A DNA stretch of 32,000 nucleotides from Mycobacterium leprae TN (GTDB taxonomy: Bacteria; Actinomycetota; Actinomycetes; Mycobacteriales; Mycobacteriaceae), in assembly GCF_000195855.1 (NCBI RefSeq), contig NC_002677.1, forward strand, positions 3,150,001 to 3,182,000, written 5' to 3'. Each line of letters starts with the position of its first letter. Positions within the stretch are counted from its first letter, which is position 1. This document shows, piece by piece, positions 1 to 12,534 of the stretch. The notes under the pieces are model-generated. The model ran no database searches, was not told where the DNA came from, and saw nothing but the letters and a program-made list of their open reading frames with translations. The translations under genes and the position numbers were made by a program.

Positions 1-509
1 GATACCCAAAGAATAATTTTGGCCAGTTACCGCACGCACTGGGCAACCTGACATTCACCCAGTACGACGATTGCCATGGCATAACTCTGCTGAGCAAAGC
101 GATTAATGATTCGGTGTGTAGTTGTCGACGTCTCCGAACCATACTGGCAACAACCCAGTTACTACATGCTGATGACTCAGCACTCAGAACCTGCCGAGGC
201 TGGCTAGACAATAACCAGCAAGGCTGTTCCCAGTTCCCAATCCAGTCGCTGGCACCTACTAACTGGCCTTTGGAGAGTTTGCAAAACACCCCATGGCACA
301 GTAGTGGAAATAGGGGTGAAATACTAGGTTCTGGGGACCTAAGTGGTCCCCAGACATTTATCCGTGGGCTACGTCGATCAACCCAGGACTGAATTTCTAC
401 TCCGGTCATCCGCAAATGACGGCGCTATCGGTGCTGCGCGGTAGCCCGGGGAAGCGGTTCCTGTATCTCAATCCGCCGAGGTTGAATTGATTCGGCCTTA
501 CGGCCCCAG

Positions 510-1145
510 CGGAGACTGCTGTGCGTACCGACTCGTCGCGAATCAGTCCGCACAGCAGCGCGGTGCTGAATTCTGAGGCGATTTCCTTGGCCGTGCAACG
601 TCCACTCGGCCGTAACCAGCGATAGCTGCCCAACGTAGCCCTGATGTAACCTAATGCCACATGTACAAGTCGCACTCGATAAAATTAAAATTCCGGCGTT
701 AGGCAATGCCACGGTCGATCAGGCCATGCATGTGCATGCACGCCTGCACTTCCTTTTCACAGACCTCGGCGACTCGTTCGATAGTGAACCATTCGGGAAT
801 GTACGGCCGCTCCTGGAAATACACGGCGCACGCTCCGAATCGCCCGCGATCCCCGTAAGAAGTCGAGCAGTGTATTGCGTAGAGCAGCAGCGAAGTGCCG
901 AGGCGGACGGACCTGCGTGCAGGGATGACCAGCGTGTCTTCGTCCGACTGAACAGTATATGTCGAACAGAATCAGCGACTTGCTAGCGTAGTAATGGGAC
1001 ACCGTCCCCTTAATTCAGTCAGCAGCCTTAGCGATATCGTCCATGCAGGTGGCATGGTAGCCACAAGCCGCAAATGGCTTTGGTGGCGGCAGCCAGCAAA
1101 TCCTCACGGCGGCTCAGCCCAGTGGCCTAGGATATCTGATGCCAC
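510..1145 (-). pseudogene. TetR-family regulator pseudogene (Rv0158-like, downstream of pntB)
   Basis: Minus-strand fragments in several frames: LSRREDLLAAATK, then KPFAACGYHATCMDDIAKAAD* (in-frame TGA, complement of 1015-1017), then VSHYYASKSLILFDIY, then VALGYIRATLGSYRWLRPSGR.TAKEIASEFSTALLCGLIRDES. This is the typical TetR HTH followed by the C-terminal domain, with frameshifts and a nonsense codon. Confidence 0.85.
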
Positions 1146-1463
1146 CTGTATTCACTATCGTCCCTGCGGGCAGGCCGGACTTAGCCCGGCTAGAGCAAGC
1201 ATCGATCAACGGGCTGGATAGTTGAGGCAAGCGGCTACTACCTGTCGCACCTACGCGAAGAGGACTAGACTCTTAAGGCGAACTAGTCGCGAAACGAGAG
1301 GTGGTCTGATGGATCCGAGTCCTGATTACGATATGAGCGACGAGATCGAATACTTTTTCAGGTACCTAACATGGAGCTTCCGCGGGGTTACCGATGGCAA
1401 CGGATATCTTCCTCCCGTCTAGGGCGCCGCAGCACTTCAACTCGGCTTAGTTTCGACCTAAGG

Positions 1464-2882
1464 CTATAGCACCTTCAGTTCCTCAGTGACCTCAGTCACC
1501 GACTGTTTGGCATCACCGAACAACATGGTGGTACCGTCGGCGTAGAATAGCCGGTTGTCAATGCCCGCAAATCCGGAGTTCATCGACCTCTTAAGCACTA
1601 TAACCGACTTCGCTTTATCAACATTCAGGATCGGCATCCCATAGATCGGGCTGGCTGTCTCGTTACGGGCCGCCGGGTTGGTGACGTCGTTGGCGCCGAT
1701 GACAATCACAACATCGGTACGAGCGAACTCATCGTTGATGTCGTCCATGTCCTTCATGGCGTCGTAGTCGACCTCTGCTTCAGCCAGCAACACATTCATG
1801 TGTCCGGGCATCCGGCCAGCAACCGGGTGAATCGCGTAACTCACCGGCACACCTTTGTTCTCCAGCAAGGACGCCATGTCTTTGACAACGTGCTGGGCCT
1901 GCGCGACCGCCAGCCCGTAGCCCGGCACCACGATCACCTGGTTGGCGTAAGCCATCTGGATCGCCGCATCGGCTGCCGAGGTGGATTTGACTTGCTTGTC
2001 ACCGTCACGGCTGGGTGCCACGCCACCGCTACCGAAACCTCCTGCGACGATCGCGGGTATGGAGCGGTTCATCGCCTTGGCCATGAGATTGGTCAGGATC
2101 GAGCCGGACGCGCCGACGATCATGCCGGCCACGATGATTGCGGTATTGTTCAGCGCCAGGCCCGTCGCAGCAGCTGAGAGCCCAGTCATAGCGTTGAGTA
2201 AGGAGATGACCACCGGCATGTCGGCGCCGCCGATTGACAGCACCACCATCAGGCCTAATACGCCAGCGGCGACCAGCAACCCGATCATCCACCACAACGA
2301 GGCCCCAGCGGATCCGGGCTGCGCGTGCAGACCGATGACCACTGCGGCGACTATGGCGCCGACCAACAGTAGCAAATTGATAGGCTGCTGGACTTTGCCA
2401 AAACCGATTGGGAATCCGGAGATTGTCTCCTGCAACTTACCGAACGCAATGATCGATCCCCAGAACGAGATCGACCCTATGATCGCGGCGAACAGCGAGG
2501 CCACCACGATATGCACAGTTGGCGACTCGTGATGCTGAAATTCCGAAAAGCCGCTAGTCTCGATGAACTCCGACAGTGCAATAAGCGCGACCGTTCCACC
2601 GCCAACGCCGTTGAAGAACGCCACCAGCTGGGGCATCGCAGTCACCTTAGTCAGCCGTGCCGGAGGGAAGCCAAGGACGATGCCCACCACCAGGGCGGCA
2701 ATGATCAATACCCACTGCTCGGTGTGCCGAATCTTGACCAGCGTCGCCGCCACGGCAATGGTCATACCGACCGCAGCGATCAAGTTGCCGGACACCGCGG
2801 TCCTGGGCCCGGTCAGGCCCATCAAGCCGGTGATGAACAATGCGAACGCAAGAATGTAGAGGCCGATCACGAAGTAGTTCAT
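1464..2882 (-). CDS. pntB: NAD(P) transhydrogenase subunit beta
   Basis: 472-aa intact ORF with many TM segments, MNYFVIGLYILAFALFITGLMGLTGPRTAVSGN..., and the C-terminal NADP-binding domain VIVVPGYGLAVAQAQHVVKD...VVIVIGANDVTNPAA. Confidence 0.97.
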   Translation of the reverse strand: MNYFVIGLYILAFALFITGLMGLTGPRTAVSGNLIAAVGMTIAVAATLVKIRHTEQWVLIIAALVVGIVLGFPPARLTKVTAMPQLVAFFNGVGGGTVALIALSEFIETSGFSEFQHHESPTVHIVVASLFAAIIGSISFWGSIIAFGKLQETISGFPIGFGKVQQPINLLLLVGAIVAAVVIGLHAQPGSAGASLWWMIGLLVAAGVLGLMVVLSIGGADMPVVISLLNAMTGLSAAATGLALNNTAIIVAGMIVGASGSILTNLMAKAMNRSIPAIVAGGFGSGGVAPSRDGDKQVKSTSAADAAIQMAYANQVIVVPGYGLAVAQAQHVVKDMASLLENKGVPVSYAIHPVAGRMPGHMNVLLAEAEVDYDAMKDMDDINDEFARTDVVIVIGANDVTNPAARNETASPIYGMPILNVDKAKSVIVLKRSMNSGFAGIDNRLFYADGTTMLFGDAKQSVTEVTEELKVL

Positions 2883-3217
2883 TTGGCCACCGATTCTGCT
2901 GCTTTTTCGGTTTTGACGGCCGAGGCCTTCTTCTTACCCCTGAACATACCCAGCATCCGGTCGGTGACGATAAAACCCCCGATAACATTCAGCGTGCCGA
3001 ATACGACCGCGACGAACAGAATGATTTGCACGGCAAGCGATGGTTGCGCAACTTCTCCGAACACCACCAGTGCGCCGAGCAGTACAATACCGTGGATGGC
3101 ATTGGTGCCCGACATCAGCGGTGTGTGCAGTGTATTGGGGACTTTGGAGATCACAGCGAACCCGACGAACCCAGACAACACCAGAATCGCCAAGTTAGCC
3201 AATAACTCGTCATACAT
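2879..3217 (-). CDS. pntAB: NAD(P) transhydrogenase subunit alpha part 2 (membrane segment)
   Basis: 112-aa ORF MYDELLANLAILVLSGFVGFAVISKVPNTLHTPLMSGTNAIHGIVLLGAL. It overlaps pntB by 4 bp and pntAA by 8 bp. Confidence 0.95.
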   Translation of the reverse strand: MYDELLANLAILVLSGFVGFAVISKVPNTLHTPLMSGTNAIHGIVLLGALVVFGEVAQPSLAVQIILFVAVVFGTLNVIGGFIVTDRMLGMFRGKKKASAVKTEKAAESVAK

Positions 3218-4313
3218 CTATGGAGTCCTCTCGATCGCGAGTCACACATGACTCCGCGACGACTTCGTCGTCAAAGTCCGGGGCAAACTTGCCATCCTTT
3301 ATTAGTAGGTCCAACAGCGCCTTGATGTTCTTGCTGTAGAGCTCGCTGGCGTGCTCAGGCATCGTTGCCGGCAGATTCAGCGGCGCCGCAATAGTGACAT
3401 CATGCTTGATCACCGTCTGCCCGGGTTCAGTGAGCTCGCAATTGCCACCGGTTTCCCCCGCGAGGTCCACCACCACGCTGCCAGGCTTCATCGCCTCCAC
3501 CGCCGCAGCGGTCACCAACCGCGGTGCCGGCTTGCCCGGGACCAGCGCTGTGGTAATCACCACGTCGAATCCGCTGATCGCCTTTTCCAATGCCTTCTGT
3601 TGCTGAGCGCGTTCGTCGGCGGTGAGCTCACGGGCGTATCCGCCCGCACCGGAAGCCTCGATTCCTACGTCAAGCCACTGGGCACCCACCGACCGGACTT
3701 GCTCGGCCACCTCAGGACGCACGTCGTAGCCGGTGGTGCGCGCGCCAAGGCGCTTGGCCGTCGCCAGCGCTTGCAAACCTGCCACCCCGACGCCGAGCAC
3801 CAGCACGATGGCCGGCTTCACCGTTCCTGCAGCTGTCGTCAGCATCGGGAAAAATCGGGTAGACTCAGAAGCCGCAAGCAACACTGCTTTATACCCGGTC
3901 ACGTTAGCCTGCGACGACAGCGCATCCATCACTTGTGCACGCGAGATGCGCGGGATTGCCTCGAGCGCGAACGCTTGCACACCAGCTCGTTTCAACTCGC
4001 CGATCCAGTTGTCGGCATTGCGGGACGCAAGGAAGCCGATCAGCGTCTGCCCGCGGCGCAGTCGGCCGACCTCGGCTGCAGCCGGCGGCGCCACTTTGAC
4101 GACGATGTCGGCAGCCCACGCGTCCCCGATGCGAGCGCCGGCCTCTGTGTAGAGCTGCTCGGGAAGCAATGCACCTTCGCCCGCCCCGGACTCGACCACG
4201 ACCGCTAGACCGCTGTTCACTAGAGACGCTACTGCCTTTGGCACCAAAGCGACGCGCCGCTCGTCGGAACCGGACTCGGCGACCACTCCAACCGTCGTTT
4301 GCGCTTCTGTCAT
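3210..4313 (-). CDS. pntAA: NAD(P) transhydrogenase subunit alpha part 1 (soluble NAD-binding)
   Basis: 367-aa ORF, VVAESGSDERRVALVPKAVASLVNSGLAVVVESGAGEGA...VLVLGVGVAGLQALATAKRLGARTTGYDVRPEVAEQVRSVGA, typical of the alanine dehydrogenase/PNT alpha domain. Confidence 0.96.
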   Translation of the reverse strand: MTEAQTTVGVVAESGSDERRVALVPKAVASLVNSGLAVVVESGAGEGALLPEQLYTEAGARIGDAWAADIVVKVAPPAAAEVGRLRRGQTLIGFLASRNADNWIGELKRAGVQAFALEAIPRISRAQVMDALSSQANVTGYKAVLLAASESTRFFPMLTTAAGTVKPAIVLVLGVGVAGLQALATAKRLGARTTGYDVRPEVAEQVRSVGAQWLDVGIEASGAGGYARELTADERAQQQKALEKAISGFDVVITTALVPGKPAPRLVTAAAVEAMKPGSVVVDLAGETGGNCELTEPGQTVIKHDVTIAAPLNLPATMPEHASELYSKNIKALLDLLIKDGKFAPDFDDEVVAESCVTRDREDSIDV

Positions 4314-4849
4314 GGCACGTACATCATTGCTTTCTGCTTTCCTGTATTATTTCCTTGGCCTTGCTGCCCTGTTTCCGCATGCTAGACGCGTAGCAAGTTG
4401 ATAGCTGAGTGTGCCCAAACACTCTAACCCGATTGCCTAGCTGTAGCTCCCTGCACTGCCCGGCCTGCATCGTCGCCAGGCTCGACATCGCTACCAGCGT
4501 GTAATGCCTCGCCCCGCGTTCAGACGTGGGGCAAGGCCCGAAGTAATGGCACTCGAATTCGGATATCGGCACATCATTAATGCTGGCTTCGCTGCGCGAC
4601 ATCCAGCTCGGTGGAATCCAAGGCGGTGATCGGAACCCCGGAAGCGGGGTACATCACCAACAAGGAAAACGGCGTCGAGGTCGACGGATTGGCATAGATG
4701 ACCCACAAATCTTGCGTAGCAAGTAGTCGAGTTCGTGATGCTATTTGCAAGCCAGAAACGCCACGATCTCGACCCTGCCGACTACGTGTTCGCTCCGACG
4801 CCGGCATTGTGAGTCAAGCGCGTGGTCCAGGTAACGGTTGTTCCAGACA

Positions 4850-5610
4850 TTCCTTGCGAGCTGCACTTTTTGGATCGCGGTTTTTACGGTGAACGGTGAC
4901 AACGCAGCGACGCCGAATCGCTAGCCGCCCACGTTGTCGCCAATAGTTTAAGATCTGAAGAACAAGGCCAAAGAGGCGCGAGCCGCGGAACTTGTTCCTA
5001 CGGGTGGAGTAATGATTAACTAGTCTGAAATGCACGTCGCTGGATGAGCTGACCGGCTGGAGCCTGGAAATCGCGCCGAGATACGTCGAACTGCGCGTCG
5101 GCGGATACTGGCAATATGGAGAATTCTGCACATGTTCAGCACAGACGAGCAACGCATGAAGTGGTTGCAGGTGTTGTTGGACGACTAGATTTGCGGCGAC
5201 TTTTCGATGACCGAACCGGCAGTCGCCAACAGTGACACCCGCAATATCGAAAGCACCATCTCGCCGGACGGCGGAGACTACATCCCAACGGCTAGAATAT
5301 TAAGTGGACATCCGGGTAGATGACTCGTGCCGCCAAATTCTCATAGCAATGGACCGTACCAACCCCGATACGGCCACCCACCAACAACAATCGATGATCC
5401 TGGTGTACCGGGACGCCGGGGCCGGGTACCTTTCCGGTGGCCGTGCAGCGGCTATGCACGGGGGAGCAGAGTAGCTAGCTTCGTGATTGCGCAAGCCCAA
5501 CTGGGACCCCGGCCGCATACACCACGGCATGCGGGCGCGGGAACAGCTGGCGCAATCAACGTCACGCCACACGGACCACGTCCAGTCGCTTTAGACTGGG
5601 AACAAGACAA
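4850..5610 (+). pseudogene. fadE2: Acyl-CoA dehydrogenase pseudogene (fadE2-like)
   Basis: Plus-strand fragments across frames: ELTGWSLEIAPRYV, ILHMFSTDEQRMKWLQVLLDD*, FSMTEPAVANSDTRNIESTISPDGGDYI, RTNPDTATHQQQSMILVYRDAG, FVIAQAQLGPRPHTPRHAG. Multiple stops and frameshifts; the C-terminus is missing. Confidence 0.85.
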
Positions 5611-5669
5611 ACTCGTTTAGTCATCTCCGGCGGCCTATCCCACGAAGGAAAGTTGCCCAACACTGCAGA

Positions 5670-5710
5670 CACTTTACAGTGTTATAAGGCTCACTTTACA
5701 GTGTTATAAG
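5670..5710. repeat. 19-bp direct repeat with 22-bp period
   Basis: cactttacagtgttataag at 5670-5688 and 5692-5710. Confidence 0.88.
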
Positions 5711-5999
5711 ACCGCATCACCTCAATGTTGTGGAGGCAGAAACTCTGATATTCCCTCTCGGGGTCAGCGATCGACGCAGCATTTTCCCTAACACATTGTT
5801 CGCAGTGAGCAGTTGAAATGGGCGAAGTTATTTAGGATCAACTGCAGGATCACTAGTTGCGCCGGACCCAGGAATAGGAGTCCAAAACTAAGTTGATCCC
5901 TGCGCCGATCTCTCAGAACAATTTTCGAACTCCAGGTGCCCCTAGCATGCTCTCTAAGCGCTCGAGGACAAGCTCGTCCAGCACAACGCCATATCAGGC

Positions 6000-6480
6000 T
6001 ATACACTGCAACACCACTTGCGCTTCCGACAACGGATAGCGTTGTGACGGAGGATGTTCCAGTAACAAAAAATCAGCTGGCTTAGATTTTAGGAGCACAA
6101 GGCCGCCAAACCAGGGACCTTACTGAAGTACTCGCACCATGCCACACACATCACGCTGACCTTGCGCAACAGCAGCAATCGGCTGACCTTAAGGTGGGGG
6201 ATATCACCCGCAGCACTGCTAGCCGCCCGATAACTTACCGTCGATGGACAGCATTCGAATCGCGTCGTCAAAAGCTGCACCTACCAATGGAATCGACTAC
6301 AATGTCGACACCGTAGCCATAGATAGATATATTCCGCATATGCTGAGCCCAGCCATCAGTCGACATCAGCACCACATAGGCACCTAACAACGCGACATGG
6401 TCAGTTACTGTTTCCATCACCCGGAATAAACAACGACGGTAACTTCAGTGAATACTCACCCTTGCTTAACAGCCGATCAT
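6000..6480 (-). pseudogene. Quinone oxidoreductase / zinc-type alcohol dehydrogenase pseudogene (Rv0149-like)
   Basis: Minus-strand fragments TDGWAQHMRN...YGVDIVVDSIG, FDDAIRMLSIDGKLSG, IPHLKVSRLLLLRKVSVMCVAWCEYFSKVPGLAALCS, matching the C-terminal half of the MDR family. Confidence 0.75.
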
Positions 6481-6599
6481 GAAAACACATCTCTCGGAGG
6501 CGCAAATATCTATGAAGAAATAGGCGGAACCAACCGTTGATATCATTGCACACTATCATCCTGGGCTGCCAGGTAAAAACATTTGTATAACATAGGCTT

Positions 6600-7321
6600 T
6601 GATGTATTCTACAACTTGAGTCTGTTTTTCCACGCTAGACAGACTAGTAATCTCGGACCACTGCGTGGCGATATCCTTTACCGACAGTGGCTTATCGAAG
6701 TTGATGCCGCCAGTCTGAAACAGCACAGCCCGCTGCACCTTGCCGCCGCCAACGATGCACACCAAGCTGCCGACGCTGGTAGCCGCAATTCGGAACTACC
6801 GCATTGGTGTGGATTTTGTACCTTATTTATACCTTAGCGACTTACAGGACCAGCGTATCGATCGATGCCTGGTCGGAGTGGCCACGGATGTGCCGCCAGA
6901 CCACGCGCAGCACGTTTTACCAACCGTAGAAATGTACTTTGAGCACGAATTCCCAGCTCTAGAAAATCATCTCATGTGAAAGATGCCGTAGCGCAAGACC
7001 CCAGAGTTGGTCCCGTGCACGGAACCGAATTCAGCCAGCTTGGGCTTGATGATGTTAGCCGCACCGTCCTCGGTGGCGGCCTTGGGCAAATTTACAAAGT
7101 GAAATATGTCGTTGTTACGACCGGACGACCACCCACGTGCCGAATCTCGGCAACAACATGGTCAGCGATCGCCGATCCAACGCCCGTAAGCATCGCGGGC
7201 CTCACCAAGGTCGTTGATGGCGACACTGGCCCCCTCCCAGGCAAGGGTGCGAGCATATGCACGCCTCAGTTCCCCGCCGATTCAGGTGACAACGACGATA
7301 TGATTCTTGCACACCGCGCAT
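6600..7321 (-). pseudogene. Short-chain dehydrogenase/reductase pseudogene (Rv0148-like)
   Basis: Minus-strand fragments across frames: MRGVQE, HIVVVT*IGGELRRAYARTLAWEGASVAINDLGEARD, ADHVVAEIR, ATEDGAANIIKPKLAEFGSVHG, and C-terminal VGGGKVQRAVLFQTGGINFDKPLSVKDIATQWSEITSLS. Confidence 0.85.
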
Positions 7322-7361
7322 CAGGTTCCTCTCTGAGAAAGCGATTGGGAGCAAACAACAA

Positions 7362-8819
7362 TCAGAACAACCTATGGGCCAGCCGGAAGGACCGCTCGGT
7401 GTACGGTGGGTAGATGAAGCTCGATAAATCGGGGCGAGTAGGCTTGGTCAAAACCGACTTGCGGTGGCTGAACTCATCGAATCCCCACTTGCCATGGTAG
7501 GCACCGATACCCGACTCGCCGACACCGCCGAACGGCAGCTTCGCCGTCAACACCTGAATAGCTAGGTGGTTGACCAGCATGCCGCCCGCCGATACCTCCT
7601 TGATCACCCGATCGCGGGTTTTACGTGATTTAGTGAATAGGTATGCCGCCAACGGCTTAGGTCGCGCGTTAATGAAACCTATTGCTTCATCCAAGGATTG
7701 GACGGTTAGCACCGGAAGAATCGGTCCGAAAATCTCTTTTGTCATCAACGGACCTTCCGGATCGGGATCGACGATCACGGTCGGCTGGATGCGTAACGTC
7801 GAGGCATCACACTTACCCCCCACAACAACCACACCCTTTCCTCCAGCCGCCGATTGCACACCTGCGAGATAACCACACAACCGGTCGAATTGGCGCTGGT
7901 TGACGATGCGCATGCCGCTTGGATCATCTTGGGACCGGAACTTGGCGATAGCGAAGCCGATCTTGTTGACGAGTTCGTCTCGAATCGGCGCGGCGGCCAA
8001 CACGTAGTCGGGTGCCACGCACGTCTGGCCGGCATTCAGGATTTTTATCCAGGCGATACGCTTGGCAGCCACGTCAATGTCAGCGTCGACAGCCACGATC
8101 ACCGGACTCTTGCCGCCTAGCTCGAGGGTAACCGGGGTAAGATGTGAGGCCGCGCCTTCGTAGACCTTGCGGCCGATCTCGGTTCCGCCGGTGAACATCA
8201 CACGGTCTAGGCCCTGTGCGATCAGCTCCTGACTAACCGCACCGCCGCCCTCGATCACCGCGATCGCGTCATTGTCCAGATAACGCGGCACGAGCTCGGC
8301 CATCAAGTGTGCCGAAGCGGCCGCGACTTCCGACGGCTTGAGCACCATCGTGTTTCCCGCCGCGATAGCCCCAACTGCTGGTACCAACGTCAAGTAGAAC
8401 GGGTAATTCCAGGCACCGATAATCAGCACGGTCCCATACGGTTCGTATTCCACCCAGCCGCGGCCAGGCAACTGCGATACCTCAAGGAATCGGTATTTGC
8501 GGCGCATCCACTTACGCACTTTTTTGGCCGCATACTTCGCTTCGCTGACGGTTGCTGCGATGTCAACGATAAATGCCTCAACCGGGTTGCGGTCCAGATC
8601 ATCGGCGAGCGCCTGGGCGATCGCGCCCTCGTTCTCTACCATCAGCGCCTGCAGCGCACGCAACTGCTGCGTACGCCAGTCGACACTACGGGTACGGCCG
8701 CTGGCAAACGTCTGACGAAGCCGAACCACGGTAGCCTCACTATTGACCCCCGGTGGGGTGTGCGGGGGGACCCCACTCTTGGACACGGCTGTCTTCTGCG
8801 CGACTGATTCAGTGATCAT
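7362..8819 (-). CDS. NAD(P)-dependent aldehyde dehydrogenase family protein (Rv0147-like)
   Basis: Intact ORF with ALDH motifs FTGGTEIGRKVYEGAASHLTPVTLELGGKSP and ILNAGQTCVAPDYVL (catalytic Cys), and EIFGPILPV. The track ORF begins at 8867; MITESV at 8819 is the more likely start, judged from where family similarity begins. Confidence 0.94.
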   Translation of the reverse strand: MITESVAQKTAVSKSGVPPHTPPGVNSEATVVRLRQTFASGRTRSVDWRTQQLRALQALMVENEGAIAQALADDLDRNPVEAFIVDIAATVSEAKYAAKKVRKWMRRKYRFLEVSQLPGRGWVEYEPYGTVLIIGAWNYPFYLTLVPAVGAIAAGNTMVLKPSEVAAASAHLMAELVPRYLDNDAIAVIEGGGAVSQELIAQGLDRVMFTGGTEIGRKVYEGAASHLTPVTLELGGKSPVIVAVDADIDVAAKRIAWIKILNAGQTCVAPDYVLAAAPIRDELVNKIGFAIAKFRSQDDPSGMRIVNQRQFDRLCGYLAGVQSAAGGKGVVVVGGKCDASTLRIQPTVIVDPDPEGPLMTKEIFGPILPVLTVQSLDEAIGFINARPKPLAAYLFTKSRKTRDRVIKEVSAGGMLVNHLAIQVLTAKLPFGGVGESGIGAYHGKWGFDEFSHRKSVLTKPTRPDLSSFIYPPYTERSFRLAHRLF

Positions 8820-9054
8820 CAGAGCTTCTTCCTTCCCGCAACTCCCTACCGCCCTCCGCGATAGCACTCATCAGTGCTAGCCGCAATCCTAATCACCTGG
8901 TTGGGTCAACAGCAGGAAGATCCAGACCGGATCGCCCCGGAGTGGGCCTTCAGAACGCGCAGCAAAAGTCTCGGATAAGCGGGTCAAGACTTGTGCTGCG
9001 AACGTCCCTGGACACTGGTTGCAATGTCCCAGGAATCATCCGCGATGGGCGTCA

Positions 9055-10862
<1,808 letters not shown>

Positions 10863-10990
10863 TACACAACACCGGGAAGCCGTGGATACTAGCCTTGTCG
10901 TGATCACACTACGAGAATAAGAATTTAAGTCAAAGCTCACTATAGTCTATAGTATAGTATGCCATACTTAAACTATATTGAGTCTCTTAG

Positions 10991-11048
10991 CCCACCAGCT
11001 AGGCGTTGGACCGCTAGAGCCGCTAGAGTGCGCCGCTTAGCTGGTGGG
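10991..11048. repeat. Imperfect inverted repeat (15-nt arms, 1 mismatch, 28-nt loop)
   Basis: Left arm cccaccagctaggcg (10991-11005), right arm cgcttagctggtggg (11034-11048). The loop contains a 9-bp direct duplication ccgctagag x2 (11011-11028). Confidence 0.7.
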
Positions 11049-11049
11049 T

Positions 11050-11650
11050 TAACGTCTCGGTGAGAGCCTCCATCTCTTCAGGGCTGAGCAAATAGCCTGC
11101 ATACAGCCCCCACACCGCACAACACTACTAGCAAGGTCTCGGTCAAGGGATACGCATCGATGTAGCTGGCAAGTTCGCCACACTCGATGGCATCCTTGAC
11201 AGCCCAGCTCAGAAAATCTCGGCTAAGCCGTACGGCATCGTTTTCGGTGCAACTCAATTCTGGATGTCGCTGTGATTCCAGCACGTTGGTGACGAGGAAC
11301 GCCGACACGAACGGAGCGGACGGATTAGCGGAATGCGCTTGCATCGCAAGGTTGATGAATACCGACACCGGCCTAAGCAGGGTCGTCTCCCGCTTAGCCT
11401 GATCGATGCTGGTCGCAATAACCAATTGGTTGGTTTGGTCCACCACCTCGCTGTACAATGCCCGCTTACTGGAAAATGTAATGATTGATCGCGGGACAAG
11501 TCAGGTCAGCACGGACAGCAATCGCCTGAAAAGTCGCCCCGTAATAACCACGTTCACTGAGACACTTCGCGAGCGACGCGCACAATGCGCTTGCGTGTCT
11601 CGTCGGCTTTCGCCGCTGGGGGACGGCCTGGATTGCGACTCACCCTAGAC
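11050..11650 (-). pseudogene. TetR-family regulator pseudogene (Rv0144-like)
   Basis: N-terminal GRPPAAKADETRKRIVRVAREV, then SERGYYGATFQAIAVRADLTCPAINHY in another frame, then VVDQTNQLVIATSIDQAKRET...TNVLESQRHPELSCTENDAVRLSRDFLSWAVKDAIECGELAS...LAETLLVVLCGVG. Confidence 0.85.
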
Positions 11651-12534
11651 GGCCTTGCTAAAGTGTGCCACCACCGCCGCGATGCGGCATCACACGTTAG
11701 CTGGAATGTTGCCGAACTTGCCGGACCGGTAGTCGTCAAGCACTTCGATCAATTCAGCACAAGAGTTGATCACAAATGGTTCGCAGTGAAATATCAACTC
11801 GCGAATCGGCAGTGCGACCAGCATCAGTACGTCGTACGATTTGGTCTGCCTTAACTCCGACGGTGATTCGATCGGCCGGGCCCGGGAACGGCCAACCGAC
11901 CCTGGTTAACCAGATGAGCGACCGGGACGAGGCACCAGCTACCGAACAACACATACACCAAATGCACTACAGTCGGGCCACCATAGCAATGTTGGCGTAA
12001 CCTCCATTTTAGATCGTGGCGTGCATGCAGTGCGACCAGCGTGTGGGTAACACCAAGGCCGCGGCGGACTTCGAATTCCACGACAACATAACGGACCAGC
12101 GCACCGCCGTCTCCCCGTCGGGGAGCAGCGTAACATTGCTGGTTTCGATGACCTGATACCGACAGAACGTGAACTTGTCTTTGCTGGACAAACTCACCCC
12201 AGAGCTGAACGCCGTGGATGATGGCGGGTCCAGCATCCACGGCGTCGCGCCGGCCGTGATAAGATCGCCCCACCATGAGAATCCTAATGCGTGAACGTGC
12301 CGTCGATCACATTAAGTGACCGTTTCGAAGCATCGGCACAGATGCCAATCGGTACCGGGAAGTGGCCGGCTGGTACTCCACTTCACCTAATGGATCCATA
12401 TGTCCAGTTCCGCGCTGCTGACCCCGGCTAACGCCCGGAACACTGGAAAAGCCCTTAACCTTCATAGCCCAGCCCTCGCGGGCCGATGGTGATCGATCGG
12501 ATTGGCAGCTCGGCGTCAGCGGACCCGGCCGAGT

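Noticed and set aside
114-392. 92-aa plus-strand ORF at the window start
   Set aside because: No recognisable motif, and surrounding sequence is decayed, so it is probably a chance ORF.
1800-2532. ORFs of 125 and 183 aa antisense to pntB
   Set aside because: Typical shadow ORFs on the strand opposite a GC-rich conserved gene, with no recognisable domain.
3351-4208. 285-aa plus-strand ORF opposite pntAA
   Set aside because: Composition rich in R/H/P/C is typical of an antisense shadow, and the minus-strand PntAA is unambiguous.
7078-7110. Plus-strand TVLGGGLGQIYKVKYVVV resembling a Rossmann-fold start
   Set aside because: Coincidental. The minus strand of the same DNA gives ATEDGAANIIKPKLAEFGSVHG, the real SDR remnant.
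8307-8807. 166-aa plus-strand ORF inside the aldehyde dehydrogenase gene
   Set aside because: Antisense shadow of a confidently assigned CDS.
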